Below, piece after piece: positions 18,385-28,339 of a stretch of DNA of 64,000 bases (position 1 is the first letter of the stretch; each line of letters opens with the position of its first letter). The translations under genes were made by a program, and so were the position numbers. Source of the stretch: Prolixibacteraceae bacterium (lineage in GTDB: Bacteria; Bacteroidota; Bacteroidia; Bacteroidales; Prolixibacteraceae); contig DASXUZ010000080.1 of NCBI GenBank assembly GCA_036504555.1, positions 4,003 to 68,002 of the forward strand, written 5' to 3'. Below the pieces are notes generated by a model that was not told where the DNA came from, searched no databases, and was given only the letters and a program-made list of their open reading frames with translations.

Positions 18385-19468
18385 AGATTTCAGCTTCCTT
18401 CAGTCTCTCGGCATTTTCCTCCACCTGAAGCTTGTCGATGATTTCATCCAGATCGCCGCCAACGACAGCCTGGAGGTTATAGATCGTCAGGTTGATACGG
18501 TGGTCGGTGATTCGTCCCTGTGGCCAGTTATAAGTTCGTATTTTGGCTGAACGGTCCCCGGTTGATACCATCGTTTTGCGTTTCGAGGCAATGACATCGA
18601 GGTATTTCTGATGTTCCTGGTTGTAGATACGGGTACGCAACTCGATCATCGCCTTTGCAAGGTTCTTGATCTGCGATTTCTGATCCTGGCAGGTCACCAC
18701 GATTCCCGTTGGGATATGGGTCAGACGGATGGCTGAATAGGTCGTGTTAACCGACTGCCCTCCAGGCCCTGATGAACAATAGGTATCTTTGCGGATGTCG
18801 CTGTCTCTTAGATCGATGTCGAACTCTTCGGCTTCTGGCAACACTGCCACTGTTGCAGCCGAAGTATGAACGCGACCTGCAGTTTCAGTTTGAGGTACAC
18901 GCTGCACACGGTGAACGCCCGATTCATATTTCATGATCCCATACACGCCTTCACCCGAGATGGTGGCCACAATTTCCTTGTACCCCCCTGAAGTGCCTTC
19001 ACTGGTGTTGGTTACTTCCATGCGCCAACCCCGTCGTTCGCAGAACTTGGTGTACATGCGGAATAAATCGCCTGCAAAGATGCTGGCCTCATCGCCACCT
19101 GTACCCGCCCTGATTTCAAGGATGGCATTTTTGCCGTCTTCGGGATCAGCCGGAATGAGCAGCAATTTGATGTTTTGTTCCTTTTCGGCAATGACAGCTT
19201 CCGAAGCTTCAATTTCTTCCCGAGCCATTTCGCGCAGATCTTCATCGGTTTCCTCGGCCAGCATTTGCTTGCCCGATTCAATATTGTCGATCGTTGCCTT
19301 GAATTCCCTGAACGCAGCGACCAGTAATTCAAGCCTTTTATATTCCTGATTTAATTTGACGTAGCGTTTCATGTCGCTCATCACCGATGGATCAGTGATT
19401 TGCGTTCCTACTTCTTCGAACCGATACTTAATCGATTCGTATTTTTCCATTAATGAATAGTCTGCCAT
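18383..19468 (-). CDS. prfA: Peptide chain release factor 1
   Basis: GGQ motif (SSGPGGQSVN), PxT motif (VPQTE), YESGVHRVQRVP and IRTYN; no internal frameshift. Confidence 0.97.
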   Translation of the reverse strand: MADYSLMEKYESIKYRFEEVGTQITDPSVMSDMKRYVKLNQEYKRLELLVAAFREFKATIDNIESGKQMLAEETDEDLREMAREEIEASEAVIAEKEQNIKLLLIPADPEDGKNAILEIRAGTGGDEASIFAGDLFRMYTKFCERRGWRMEVTNTSEGTSGGYKEIVATISGEGVYGIMKYESGVHRVQRVPQTETAGRVHTSAATVAVLPEAEEFDIDLRDSDIRKDTYCSSGPGGQSVNTTYSAIRLTHIPTGIVVTCQDQKSQIKNLAKAMIELRTRIYNQEHQKYLDVIASKRKTMVSTGDRSAKIRTYNWPQGRITDHRINLTIYNLQAVVGGDLDEIIDKLQVEENAERLKEAEI

Positions 19469-19538
19469 ATATAATAAGATGATAGATGTTTGATAAAAAA
19501 GATATTAGACCAATGCCTGGGTATTCCGCAGGGCGTAG

Positions 19539-20708
19539 CTAATACTCGAACTCGCCGAACTGCGATTGGATGGTAAGTTTTTTGCCCTCGAAAGCCTCTA
19601 CGCGGCCAACAATGCGGGCTTCGATGTTGTATTTTTCTGAAATGGCCATCACCTGCCCGGCATATTGCGGGGCAAGATAGATTTCAAAACGGTGTCCCAT
19701 GTTGAATACTTTATACATTTCCGACCAGCTTGTTCCTGATTCTTCCTGAATCATTTTAAACAACACCGGAACATCAAACAAGTTGTCTTTGATCACATGT
19801 ACTTTGTCGACAAAATGCAGCACCTTGGTTTGTGCCCCACCTGAACAATGAATCATTCCATGAATATTTTTACGCATTGCTTCCAAAAGGTCCTTCACCA
19901 CGGGGGCATAGGTACGCGTTGGCGAGAGAACCAGTTTCCCGGCATCCAATCCAACTTCGGCAACCAGGTCGGTCAGCTTTTTTGTTCCAGAATATATTAA
20001 ATCGGAAGGGACTTCCGGGTTAAAGCTTTCAGGGTATTTTTGAGCCAGGTAATTGGCAAACACATCGTGACGTGCTGAGGTAAGGCCATTGCTACCCATG
20101 CCGCCATTGTACTGTTTTTCGTAGGTAGCCTGTCCAAAGGAAGCCAGTCCTACAATCACATCACCTGCCTGAATGTTATCGGCTGAAATCACATCCCCGC
20201 GCTTCATGCGGCAGGTCACCGTTGAATCCACGATGATCGTACGCACCACATCGCCCACATCAGCCGTTTCTCCGCCTGTAGGATAAATATTTACACCCAT
20301 TTGGCGCAATTCAGCACACAGCTCTTCAGTGCCGTTGATAATGGCTGCAATGACCTCTCCGGGAATTTTATTTTTGTTTCTTCCAATGGTGGACGAGAGC
20401 AGGATATTATCCGTAGCCCCCACACAAAGCAGGTCGTCCAGGTTCATGATCAGGGCATCCTGTGCAATGCCTTTCCAGACTGATAGATCCCCGGTTTCTT
20501 TCCAGTACAGGTAAGCCAGCGACGATTTGGTTCCGGCGCCATCAGCATGCATGATATTGCACCAATCGGGATCGCCTCCCAGGATATCGGGGATGATCTT
20601 GCAAAATGCTTTTGGATACAATCCCTTGTCAATATTTTGAATCGCATTGTGAACGTCTTCCTTGGAAGCCGAAACACCACGCGCCATATACCTGTTCTCT
20701 GCTGACAT
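19539..20708 (-). CDS. purM: Phosphoribosylformylglycinamidine cyclo-ligase (AIR synthase, Bacteroidota type)
   Basis: RGVSASKEDV, HADGAGTK, GGETAD, GSNGLT, HCSGGAQTK and FNMGHR. Confidence 0.93.
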   Translation of the reverse strand: MSAENRYMARGVSASKEDVHNAIQNIDKGLYPKAFCKIIPDILGGDPDWCNIMHADGAGTKSSLAYLYWKETGDLSVWKGIAQDALIMNLDDLLCVGATDNILLSSTIGRNKNKIPGEVIAAIINGTEELCAELRQMGVNIYPTGGETADVGDVVRTIIVDSTVTCRMKRGDVISADNIQAGDVIVGLASFGQATYEKQYNGGMGSNGLTSARHDVFANYLAQKYPESFNPEVPSDLIYSGTKKLTDLVAEVGLDAGKLVLSPTRTYAPVVKDLLEAMRKNIHGMIHCSGGAQTKVLHFVDKVHVIKDNLFDVPVLFKMIQEESGTSWSEMYKVFNMGHRFEIYLAPQYAGQVMAISEKYNIEARIVGRVEAFEGKKLTIQSQFGEFEY

Positions 20709-20740
20709 ACAATCTGAATTACCGAATCAATTTTGTGCCG

Positions 20741-20748
20741 CAAAGTTA
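20741..20748 (-). promoter_or_regulatory. -7 promoter box for purM-prfA-pyrF
   Basis: The minus strand reads TAACTTTG, 33 bp upstream of the purM start. Confidence 0.6.
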
Positions 20749-21204
20749 ACACTTTTAGGGAAATAAAAAGTAGGACAATGTAGCTCCTCCCAATTCAAGG
20801 CAAAGAATCTTCGAATTCAAGCCCTCCGGTGAAAAATAAACAGGTCAATCTTTTACTGAGGGCTCAATTCAGCCAAAGCAGCGTTCAAATATCTAACATT
20901 GGCATTGTTATGATTGAACAACTGAAGGGGATTTGTGTTAACAGTAAACAAGTTGCTGAATAAAATGATTGATATGAAGTTCGCTTCATTTCAATACACC
21001 GACAATGCTGATAGAATCTTGTCATTTTCAATAAATTATATGGAAGTAAAGACATAAAATAAGTTCCCCTTTGATTGAATTTCCAATTTCAAATCGGTAC
21101 ATTTAAAAAATATTTTACCAAAGCGGCAAATCGCATATCTTTTTTGTAAAAGAGCAATGCTATTTACATAAATCAACAGTATTTTAACTTTATAAATTCA
21201 TGCT

Positions 21205-22800
21205 ATGAAAAAAATTTACCTTTTGTGTTTGATTTTGTTTGCCTTTACCAGTCTCACAATGGCTCAAACCATTGAAAACTTTGAAAGTCTGAAAATGAGC
21301 CATTTCTCTGCCGGAACCAACGGTTCGGTCGGTGTGGTGGCCAATCCTGATCCTTCGGGCATCAATACCAGCGCCAATGTTGGCCAATTGACACGTAATT
21401 CCGATGGCGATCCCTGGGCTGGCTGGTATGCTACCCTTCCCACACCCGTTGATGTGACTGCCAACAAGTACGTACACGTGAAAATTTACAAATCACGCAT
21501 TAGTCCCGTTGTTTTTAAATATGAAAGAACAGGCGGGGATTCTGGAGACGTTTATTCCTTGAATCCACAAACCAAGACAGATGAGTGGGAAGAATTGGTT
21601 TTCGACATGAGTAAGGTGAGTGGAAACTATGTAAAAATCGTATTTATCCCCGATTTTGAAAATCCGATTACCATAACCAGTGAAGTCACCATCTATTTTG
21701 ATGATTTTTACGTGAACAACGATCCAACCGTTGGAAGCGCTCCCGTCACGTTGATGGAAGATTATGAAAACATTACATTAAATCCGATGCTGGCAGGCGC
21801 TGACGATGCAAGTTCATTCTCACTTCTGCCCAATCCTTACAAAACGGAACTGAACTCAAGTGACTATGTGATCGAATTTCTGCGTGACAAGAACGGTAAC
21901 CCATGGGGTGGTTTCTGGTCCAAACTGCCAACTCCCATTGATGTCACTGTTAACAAATACGTTCATGTGAAGGTCTGGAAATCACGAATCAGTCCCTTGA
22001 AATTCAAGATTGAAGGCGGAGCGGCCGGTAACCTTGAAGTTGCCAGTATGAGCCCCCAGACCAAAACAGGGGTTTGGGAAGACATTGTATTTGACTTTTC
22101 ATCCAAAACCGGTACCTATCCCATCATTGCCTTTATGCCTGACTTTGAAGATCCACTCACCTTGACCCAGGATTTGGTCATCTATTTCGATGACATTGTA
22201 CTGAACAACGTGCCTTCTTCAGCCGTTCCACCCCAACAAACAATTGAAGTCGACATGAGCAACTCTGGAATGACCACCGGTTCAACCGTATGGATTTCAG
22301 GAACGATGGGTGGAAGCCGCGGAACATGGGCTGAACCTGGTACCATTGCCCAAAATGAAATGCTCGATCCTGACGGTGATGGTATTTATACCATCAATTT
22401 CTCCTTGGCCGACGGTGGATATGAATATAAATTCTTCTGGAATACCGGTTGGGCCAATGGCGACAATGGTCCTGGAAACAGAGCCTATACAGTTTCTGGC
22501 AACACCTCTTTATACTATGAATGGGGCGTTGATGGTTTTACCGAGACTACTTCAGCCAAACAGCTTTCAGGGACCTCCTTCAAGGTCTTCCCGAATCCTG
22601 TTACCAACATGTTAACCATTCAGTCACCTGACATGAAAGGCCTTGTTGTTTCTGATTTATTGGGCAGAACAATCAGGAATTATCAATTTCAGGCCGTTAA
22701 CAGCAAGCAAGTAGATCTGAGCGGACTTCAGTCAGGGATCTATTTAATTACTGTAAAGACCAATGACGGAACTTATACTTCAAAAGTTATCAAGCAATAA
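21205..22800 (+). CDS. T9SS type-A sorting (CTD) cargo protein with two tandem CBM-like beta-sandwich repeats and a CBM20/48-like module
   Basis: Signal peptide; duplicated ~160-aa unit (NP..DPWAGW..LPTPVDVT.NKYVHVK..KSRISP...WEELVFD...YFDD); MLDPDGDGIYT...YEYKF; CTD FKVFPNPVTNML...GIYLITVK...KVIKQ. Confidence 0.85.
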   Translation: MKKIYLLCLILFAFTSLTMAQTIENFESLKMSHFSAGTNGSVGVVANPDPSGINTSANVGQLTRNSDGDPWAGWYATLPTPVDVTANKYVHVKIYKSRISPVVFKYERTGGDSGDVYSLNPQTKTDEWEELVFDMSKVSGNYVKIVFIPDFENPITITSEVTIYFDDFYVNNDPTVGSAPVTLMEDYENITLNPMLAGADDASSFSLLPNPYKTELNSSDYVIEFLRDKNGNPWGGFWSKLPTPIDVTVNKYVHVKVWKSRISPLKFKIEGGAAGNLEVASMSPQTKTGVWEDIVFDFSSKTGTYPIIAFMPDFEDPLTLTQDLVIYFDDIVLNNVPSSAVPPQQTIEVDMSNSGMTTGSTVWISGTMGGSRGTWAEPGTIAQNEMLDPDGDGIYTINFSLADGGYEYKFFWNTGWANGDNGPGNRAYTVSGNTSLYYEWGVDGFTETTSAKQLSGTSFKVFPNPVTNMLTIQSPDMKGLVVSDLLGRTIRNYQFQAVNSKQVDLSGLQSGIYLITVKTNDGTYTSKVIKQ

Positions 22801-22809
22801 ACAATAGCC

Positions 22810-22867
22810 AGGAACTGTTTCAAGGAGATGTAAAAGTCAAATTTTCATACCCTTTGAAACAGTTCCT
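22810..22867 (+). terminator. Hairpin/terminator after the T9SS cargo gene
   Basis: 14-bp stem AGGAACTGTTTCAA / TTGAAACAGTTCCT followed by a T-rich run; the loop is long. Confidence 0.65.
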
Positions 22868-23384
22868 TTCTTTTTAAATCCATTGAACCGCGCAAAGATT
22901 CAACCCTCCAGTACTTGAAAGCTTATTCAGAAATAACCGCCCAGATGAAACTGTATCATTGGCAGAATTCATGTGGCGGCCTATCTATTTTAAGAAGCCT
23001 GTCAACTCCACAATACGCCTGGTTTTATATCGTCCCAGCTTTTCCCATTCTTCAGATTCATTCAGTCCTGCTCTCGTCGCTGGTCAAAATATTGCGCCAA
23101 CACTTCCGAAATCCACAAATTGGCTTCTCAAATACTCCCTTAAGTACCATCACCAACCAGTAGCTTGATTAGTTTCAGGAGCCTATCGGCTTCCCTTTCC
23201 CTTCCTGTAATCTTTATTGTATTACAAACGGATAAGCTATTCGAATGAATCTCTCCTGCCTGAGCTAATTTCAAAAACACTCCTTGTGATTTATCACCGA
23301 AGTGTATCAGTCTTCGGCTTTAATCTCCTATCAGTTTTTGGCAAGTTCCTGTCAAGGCCCGACTGTCTTTACATTGTTATTTGG

Positions 23385-23488
23385 CAGTTAGTTTTTATAT
23401 CCCTCATGGATGGTTCATACATGGTTTATGGATCTAAACATACACAAAGCATGCACGAACTATGCACGAACAAAGTAAAAACCATGAA
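23385..23488 (-). repeat. Foldback element family 2 (104 bp), copy A
   Basis: The minus strand reads TTCATGGTTTTTA CTTTGTTCGTG CATAGTTCGTG CATGCTTTGTG ... TAAAAACTAACTG and aligns without gaps to 61173-61276. Confidence 0.9.
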
Positions 23489-23565
23489 ACAAACAGCAAC
23501 AAAACACCCACCAAACCCTGGCAGAGGGTCTGTCAATTGAGCGCAGGTAAAGGCCTGGAATAATT

Positions 23566-25545
23566 CTATTCGTGGAAGTCGTTCGACAGTACCCTGAATT
23601 CGGTTCGCCGGTTGAGTGCCTTGGCAATTTCCTGTTGTTCAGGAGTCAGTTTCAAGATAAATTCCTCGGTCAGTTCATCGTTGCGTTTGAGGAAGTCGTA
23701 TTGTTTGGCGATTTCGCGGGTTACTTTCTTGGGCCAGGTTTCCCCATATCCCTTGGCAACCAATCGTGCTGGGGTGATTCCTTTTGAGATCAGGTAATCG
23801 ACCACCGACTGAGCCCTTTTCTGTGAAAGGGAGGAGTTGAATTCTGCACTACCGACATGGTCGGTATGGGCCATCAACTCAATGGTAATGGTGGGGTTCA
23901 GCGTTAAGATGCGCACCAGCGAATCGAGGGCTAATTTTGATTCATCGGTAATTTCATAACTTCCGAAGGCATAATTGATATTGTTTACCTTCACCGGTTC
24001 ATCGGTGGGTGATAGTTTCAGATCGAACCTGAATTCCTTGCTGTCTTCAAGTCCAACGGTGGAGGCTTTGACCTTGTCGTTCAGGAATCCATCCTTGAAA
24101 GCGGCCAATACATATTCGGTTTCAGGTTTCAACTTGATCTGGAAACGCCCGCCATCAGCCCGCATCTTCAGGTTGGTGCCGTCGGTTCCAATGATACGAA
24201 CCAGCGCACCATCAATCTTCTGGTTGGTTTCCTTGTTGGAAATTTCACCCGTTACATTGAATATTTTTGGTGGCAGATAAAATGAATAGATATCGTCGCT
24301 TCTCGAACCTTTCCGGTTGGAGGAGAACAATCCCCTTTCGACATCGCCTTTGATGAAGACCATCCCAAAATCATCACCGGGGGAGTTGATCGGTGCTTTC
24401 ATGTTCTCTACCGTCCACTTCTTTTTATCATCTTTCACGGCCTTAAAGATGTCTAAACCGCCAATGCCGGGAAGGTAGTTGGAGGAGAAATACAATTCAC
24501 CGTTTTCGCGGATCGAAGGGAACATTTCATCGCCCGGGGTATTGATTTCAGGGCCCAGGTTCTCGGGTTTATCAAACTTGCCACCCCCTTTGTCGGTGGC
24601 CACCCAAATATCTTTTCCCCCGTATCCACCCATCCGGTCCGACACGAAATAGAGTTTTGTACCGTCTTCACTCAGCGAAGGTTGGGCTGCAATCAGGCTG
24701 TCACCCACCAGTTCGATCAGCGTTGGCTCTGACCATTCGCCCCTGGACTGGTTGGCGGCATACAATTCAGCCCCCATATCTTTTGTTTTGTCAAAACGAC
24801 AACGGGTAAAGATGATTTGATCGCCCCTGGAAGAGAGTGTCGCGGCACCTTCATCGCTGGCCGTATTGATTAATTCATTTTCATCGATCAGCTTTGGAGT
24901 AGCCCATTTCTGCTTCTGGACTTCAAATGAACTGGTAAACAAATCCGAATAGCGAGTCCCGGTAATGTTGCTGGTACGTTTTCCTGTTACCTGTTCGCGG
25001 GTAGAGGTAAATATAATTTCATTGTCGCGGCCTCCTACAAAAACCGGGCAATAATCACTGTTCTTTGAGTTCAGCTCCTTGACGATATTCACGATATACC
25101 GGTTGGGCGAATCGAGCCAGCCACTGACTACCTTGCTGGCTTCCAAGCCGTTTTTAGCCCATTCGTCATCGGGCTTAATGGCCAGGTAAGTTTGATACCA
25201 GGTAATGGCCTCGTCGTATTTCTGGGTAGCCCTTAAACAATCGGCATAGTGCAACATACACAAGGGCTCGGTATAATTTCGCTTGATGGTATTCTTATAC
25301 CAGACAGCGGCTTTGGCGAAATCGCTTAACTTGTAGTACGATTCGGCAATGCGGAAGGCCATTTCCGATTTTTCCTCCTTGAGTTTCTGACTGCGGTAGG
25401 CTTTTCTGTATTTTTCGATGGCATTGTAATGTTCCCCAATCTCATAGGATACGGCACCGGAACGCAATGATCGCGAGCCGGAACAAGCGCCGAGCAGAAC
25501 AACCATCAAGATCAGAAATATTTTGGGAAAAACCTGGTTCTTCAT
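23566..25545 (-). CDS. porE: PorE-like lipoprotein: TPR + PD40 propeller + CRD + OmpA C-terminal domain
   Basis: Lipobox LLGAC, TPRs, PD40 repeats (AQPSLSEDGTKLYFVSDRMGGYGGKDIW) and an OmpA domain (AHTDHVG...LSQKRA...GYGE...NRRTEF). Start at MKNQVF. Confidence 0.85.
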   Translation of the reverse strand: MKNQVFPKIFLILMVVLLGACSGSRSLRSGAVSYEIGEHYNAIEKYRKAYRSQKLKEEKSEMAFRIAESYYKLSDFAKAAVWYKNTIKRNYTEPLCMLHYADCLRATQKYDEAITWYQTYLAIKPDDEWAKNGLEASKVVSGWLDSPNRYIVNIVKELNSKNSDYCPVFVGGRDNEIIFTSTREQVTGKRTSNITGTRYSDLFTSSFEVQKQKWATPKLIDENELINTASDEGAATLSSRGDQIIFTRCRFDKTKDMGAELYAANQSRGEWSEPTLIELVGDSLIAAQPSLSEDGTKLYFVSDRMGGYGGKDIWVATDKGGGKFDKPENLGPEINTPGDEMFPSIRENGELYFSSNYLPGIGGLDIFKAVKDDKKKWTVENMKAPINSPGDDFGMVFIKGDVERGLFSSNRKGSRSDDIYSFYLPPKIFNVTGEISNKETNQKIDGALVRIIGTDGTNLKMRADGGRFQIKLKPETEYVLAAFKDGFLNDKVKASTVGLEDSKEFRFDLKLSPTDEPVKVNNINYAFGSYEITDESKLALDSLVRILTLNPTITIELMAHTDHVGSAEFNSSLSQKRAQSVVDYLISKGITPARLVAKGYGETWPKKVTREIAKQYDFLKRNDELTEEFILKLTPEQQEIAKALNRRTEFRVLSNDFHE

Positions 25546-25828
25546 TTTAAGATCAACGTTACGCGGTAAAAGTAACCAATTTAAATCCAATCTGAAAAAC
25601 GCAAAAGGATTATTTAAAGTATGGGGAAACAGATAAAAGATGGATTTTCTTTTTATTTGGGGTATATAGTCCTTCTTTGGGTAAAATCAGCAGTCAAATG
25701 AAGGGGTCTTCCTCCAGATTTCGAAGCCTTGAAGTCATTGTCAGCTTCTGGCATTGCGGCAGGGATTGACCAATACAAAAAAAGGCCTCCATGCTGTATG
25801 GAAGCCTTTTTAGGTAGTTTGAAAATAA

Positions 25829-28018
25829 TTATTTCACGAATAATAATTCCCTGTATTTTGGCAATGGCCACAGTTCGTTGTCCACGATCAACTCAAGTTT
25901 GTCGATGTGGGTACGAATATCATCCAGATAAGGTCGTACAGTCTTTTCGTAGGCGTAAGTCTTTTCCTTTTCAGTTTCAATGATATTGGCCACTTTTCGG
26001 GCTTCGATCAACTCTTTTACCTTGGCTTTGATGGAAGAAACATGACCACCAATTTCCCTGATCAGTTCAAGACGGCCTTCAGCAAGCGATTTATATTCAT
26101 CATCGCTGAATACGAGTTTCAGGTTCTTCACGTTTTCAAGCAACATTGACTGGTACTGAATAGCAACAGGTACGATGTGGTTAATGGCCAAATCGCCTAA
26201 CACGCGGGCTTCGATCTGGATCTTCTTGGTGTATTTTTCCAATTCAACTTCGATACGTCCTTCAATTTCTCTTGGGCTCAACACACCCATTTTGCCATAC
26301 ATTTCAATGACGCGTTTGTCGTGCAATGCTTCCAGAGCAGTAGGAACGCTGGTAATGTTGGTCAAGCCGCGTTTGGCAGCTTCCACTTTCCATTCATCGC
26401 TGTAGCCGTTACCGTCAAAGCGGATGGCTTTAGATTCGATGATCAGTTTTTTCAATACCTGGAAGATGGCTTCGTCTTTTTTAATGCCTCCTTCAACCAA
26501 TGCATCTACTTCTACCTTGAATTTAACCAGCTGATCGGCTACGGCAGTATTGAGTGCAATCATGGCAGAGGCACAGTTTGCAGAAGAACCTACAGCACGG
26601 AATTCAAAGCGGTTACCGGTAAAGGCAAACGGAGAAGTACGGTTACGGTCGGTGTTGTCCAGGATGATTTCAGGAATACGGCCGATGTTTAGTTTAAGAG
26701 CTGTTTTTTCATCCGGGGTCATCTTGCGGTCAACGACAGCTTCTTCCATCATATCCAACATTTTGCTTACTTCAGTTCCGAGGAAAGCTGAAATGATTGC
26801 AGGTGGAGCCTCGTTTGCACCCAGGCGGTGTGTGTTGGGAGCGGTCAGGATGCTGGCGCGCAACATGTCCTGGTTCACATGCAAAGCCTTCAGGGTGTTG
26901 ATCACAAAAGTGAGGAACTGAAGGTTTGATTTTGGGTTTTTCCCGGGGGAATATAAGTTAACACCCGTATCAGTGGCCAATGACCAGTTGTTGTGTTTTC
27001 CAGAACCGTTGATCCCGGCGAATGGTTTTTCATGAAAAAGAACGGCAAAGTTATGACGACGTGCAATCTTTTTCATCAAGTCCATGATCATCTGGTTGTG
27101 ATCATTGGCCAGGTTACATTCTTCATAGATAGGGGCCAATTCGAATTGGTTGGGAGCAACCTCGTTGTGACGAGTCTTACAGGGGATTCCCAATTTGTAT
27201 GCTTCGTTTTCCAGGTCTTCCATGAAACGGAATACGCGGGTAGGAATTGAACTGAAATAGTGGTCATCCAATTGCTGATCTTTTGAAGCAGAATGTCCCA
27301 TCAGGGTACGTCCGGTCATCACAAGGTCAGGGCGGGCCATAAACAAGGCTTCGTCAACCAGGAAATATTCCTGTTCCCAACCTAAATTGGCGCTCACCTT
27401 GGTCACATTCTTATCAAACATCTGGCACACGTCAGTGGCAGCTTTATCAACAGCAGCAAGCGCCCTCAGAAGCGGGGTTTTATAATCAAGTGCTTCGCCG
27501 GTGTATGAAATAAAGATGGTAGGAATACACAATGTATTGTCAACGATAAAAGCGGGAGAAGAAGCATCCCAGGCCGTATAACCGCGGGCTTCGAAAGTTT
27601 GACGGATACCTCCACTGGGGAAAGAGGAAGCATCAGGTTCCTGCTGAGACAACATTGACCCGGACAAAGATTCAACAACCGTCCCATTTTCACCATGAAC
27701 AACAAATGCGTCATGTTTTTCGGCTGTGCCATCCGTTAATGGGTGAAACCAGTGTGTAATGTGAGTGGCTCCATTTTCCAGAGCCCATGCTTTCATGCCC
27801 TGAGCAACCTGATCAGCCATTTTGCGATCGATGGCCGTTGCATGGTCAATTGCATCCACAACTGCCTTATAAGCCTCTTTCGACAGGTATTTCTTCATTT
27901 TCGTACGATCGAATACACACATGCCGTAAAAATCAGAAACCAGGTTGTCTTCTCTTTTAACTTCTACCGGTTTTCTACGAAGAACTTCTTCCAAAGCCCT
28001 AAATCTGAATTGTGCCAT
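25829..28018 (-). CDS. glnA: Glutamine synthetase type III
   Basis: 729 aa; THWFHPLT, EPDASSFP, GWEQEYF, HNEVAPNQFE, HEKPFAGINGSGKHNNW and NRTSPFAFTGNRFEFRA. Confidence 0.96.
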   Translation of the reverse strand: MAQFRFRALEEVLRRKPVEVKREDNLVSDFYGMCVFDRTKMKKYLSKEAYKAVVDAIDHATAIDRKMADQVAQGMKAWALENGATHITHWFHPLTDGTAEKHDAFVVHGENGTVVESLSGSMLSQQEPDASSFPSGGIRQTFEARGYTAWDASSPAFIVDNTLCIPTIFISYTGEALDYKTPLLRALAAVDKAATDVCQMFDKNVTKVSANLGWEQEYFLVDEALFMARPDLVMTGRTLMGHSASKDQQLDDHYFSSIPTRVFRFMEDLENEAYKLGIPCKTRHNEVAPNQFELAPIYEECNLANDHNQMIMDLMKKIARRHNFAVLFHEKPFAGINGSGKHNNWSLATDTGVNLYSPGKNPKSNLQFLTFVINTLKALHVNQDMLRASILTAPNTHRLGANEAPPAIISAFLGTEVSKMLDMMEEAVVDRKMTPDEKTALKLNIGRIPEIILDNTDRNRTSPFAFTGNRFEFRAVGSSANCASAMIALNTAVADQLVKFKVEVDALVEGGIKKDEAIFQVLKKLIIESKAIRFDGNGYSDEWKVEAAKRGLTNITSVPTALEALHDKRVIEMYGKMGVLSPREIEGRIEVELEKYTKKIQIEARVLGDLAINHIVPVAIQYQSMLLENVKNLKLVFSDDEYKSLAEGRLELIREIGGHVSSIKAKVKELIEARKVANIIETEKEKTYAYEKTVRPYLDDIRTHIDKLELIVDNELWPLPKYRELLFVK

Positions 28019-28339
28019 AACTTAAAGTTTTAAGGATTATCTTATTTTGTATCAATTTTGTTTGAATAACCACATAACAAAAATATACAAATTATAAATT
28101 AACATTCAAAATATACAGGTAAATATCAATTTATTTACAATTATTTCAATAACGGCCTTAAAATATAAGAGTCTTTCCAGATTTTCAGTCTATTTTATTC
28201 CATTTTGCCCTTTTTGATGAAATTTGAAATATTTAAAGTTAAAATTTAAAGTTCCGATCGGGGAGGGCAAAAAAAATACATCCCCTCCGGCATTGATTTG
28301 CCGGGGAGGATGTATATGCGATGGAAAGAAATCGAACTA

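Noticed and set aside
18383-19468. Programmed frameshift in the release factor gene
   Set aside because: This is RF1 (PxT motif) with a continuous ORF; the frameshift belongs to prfB.
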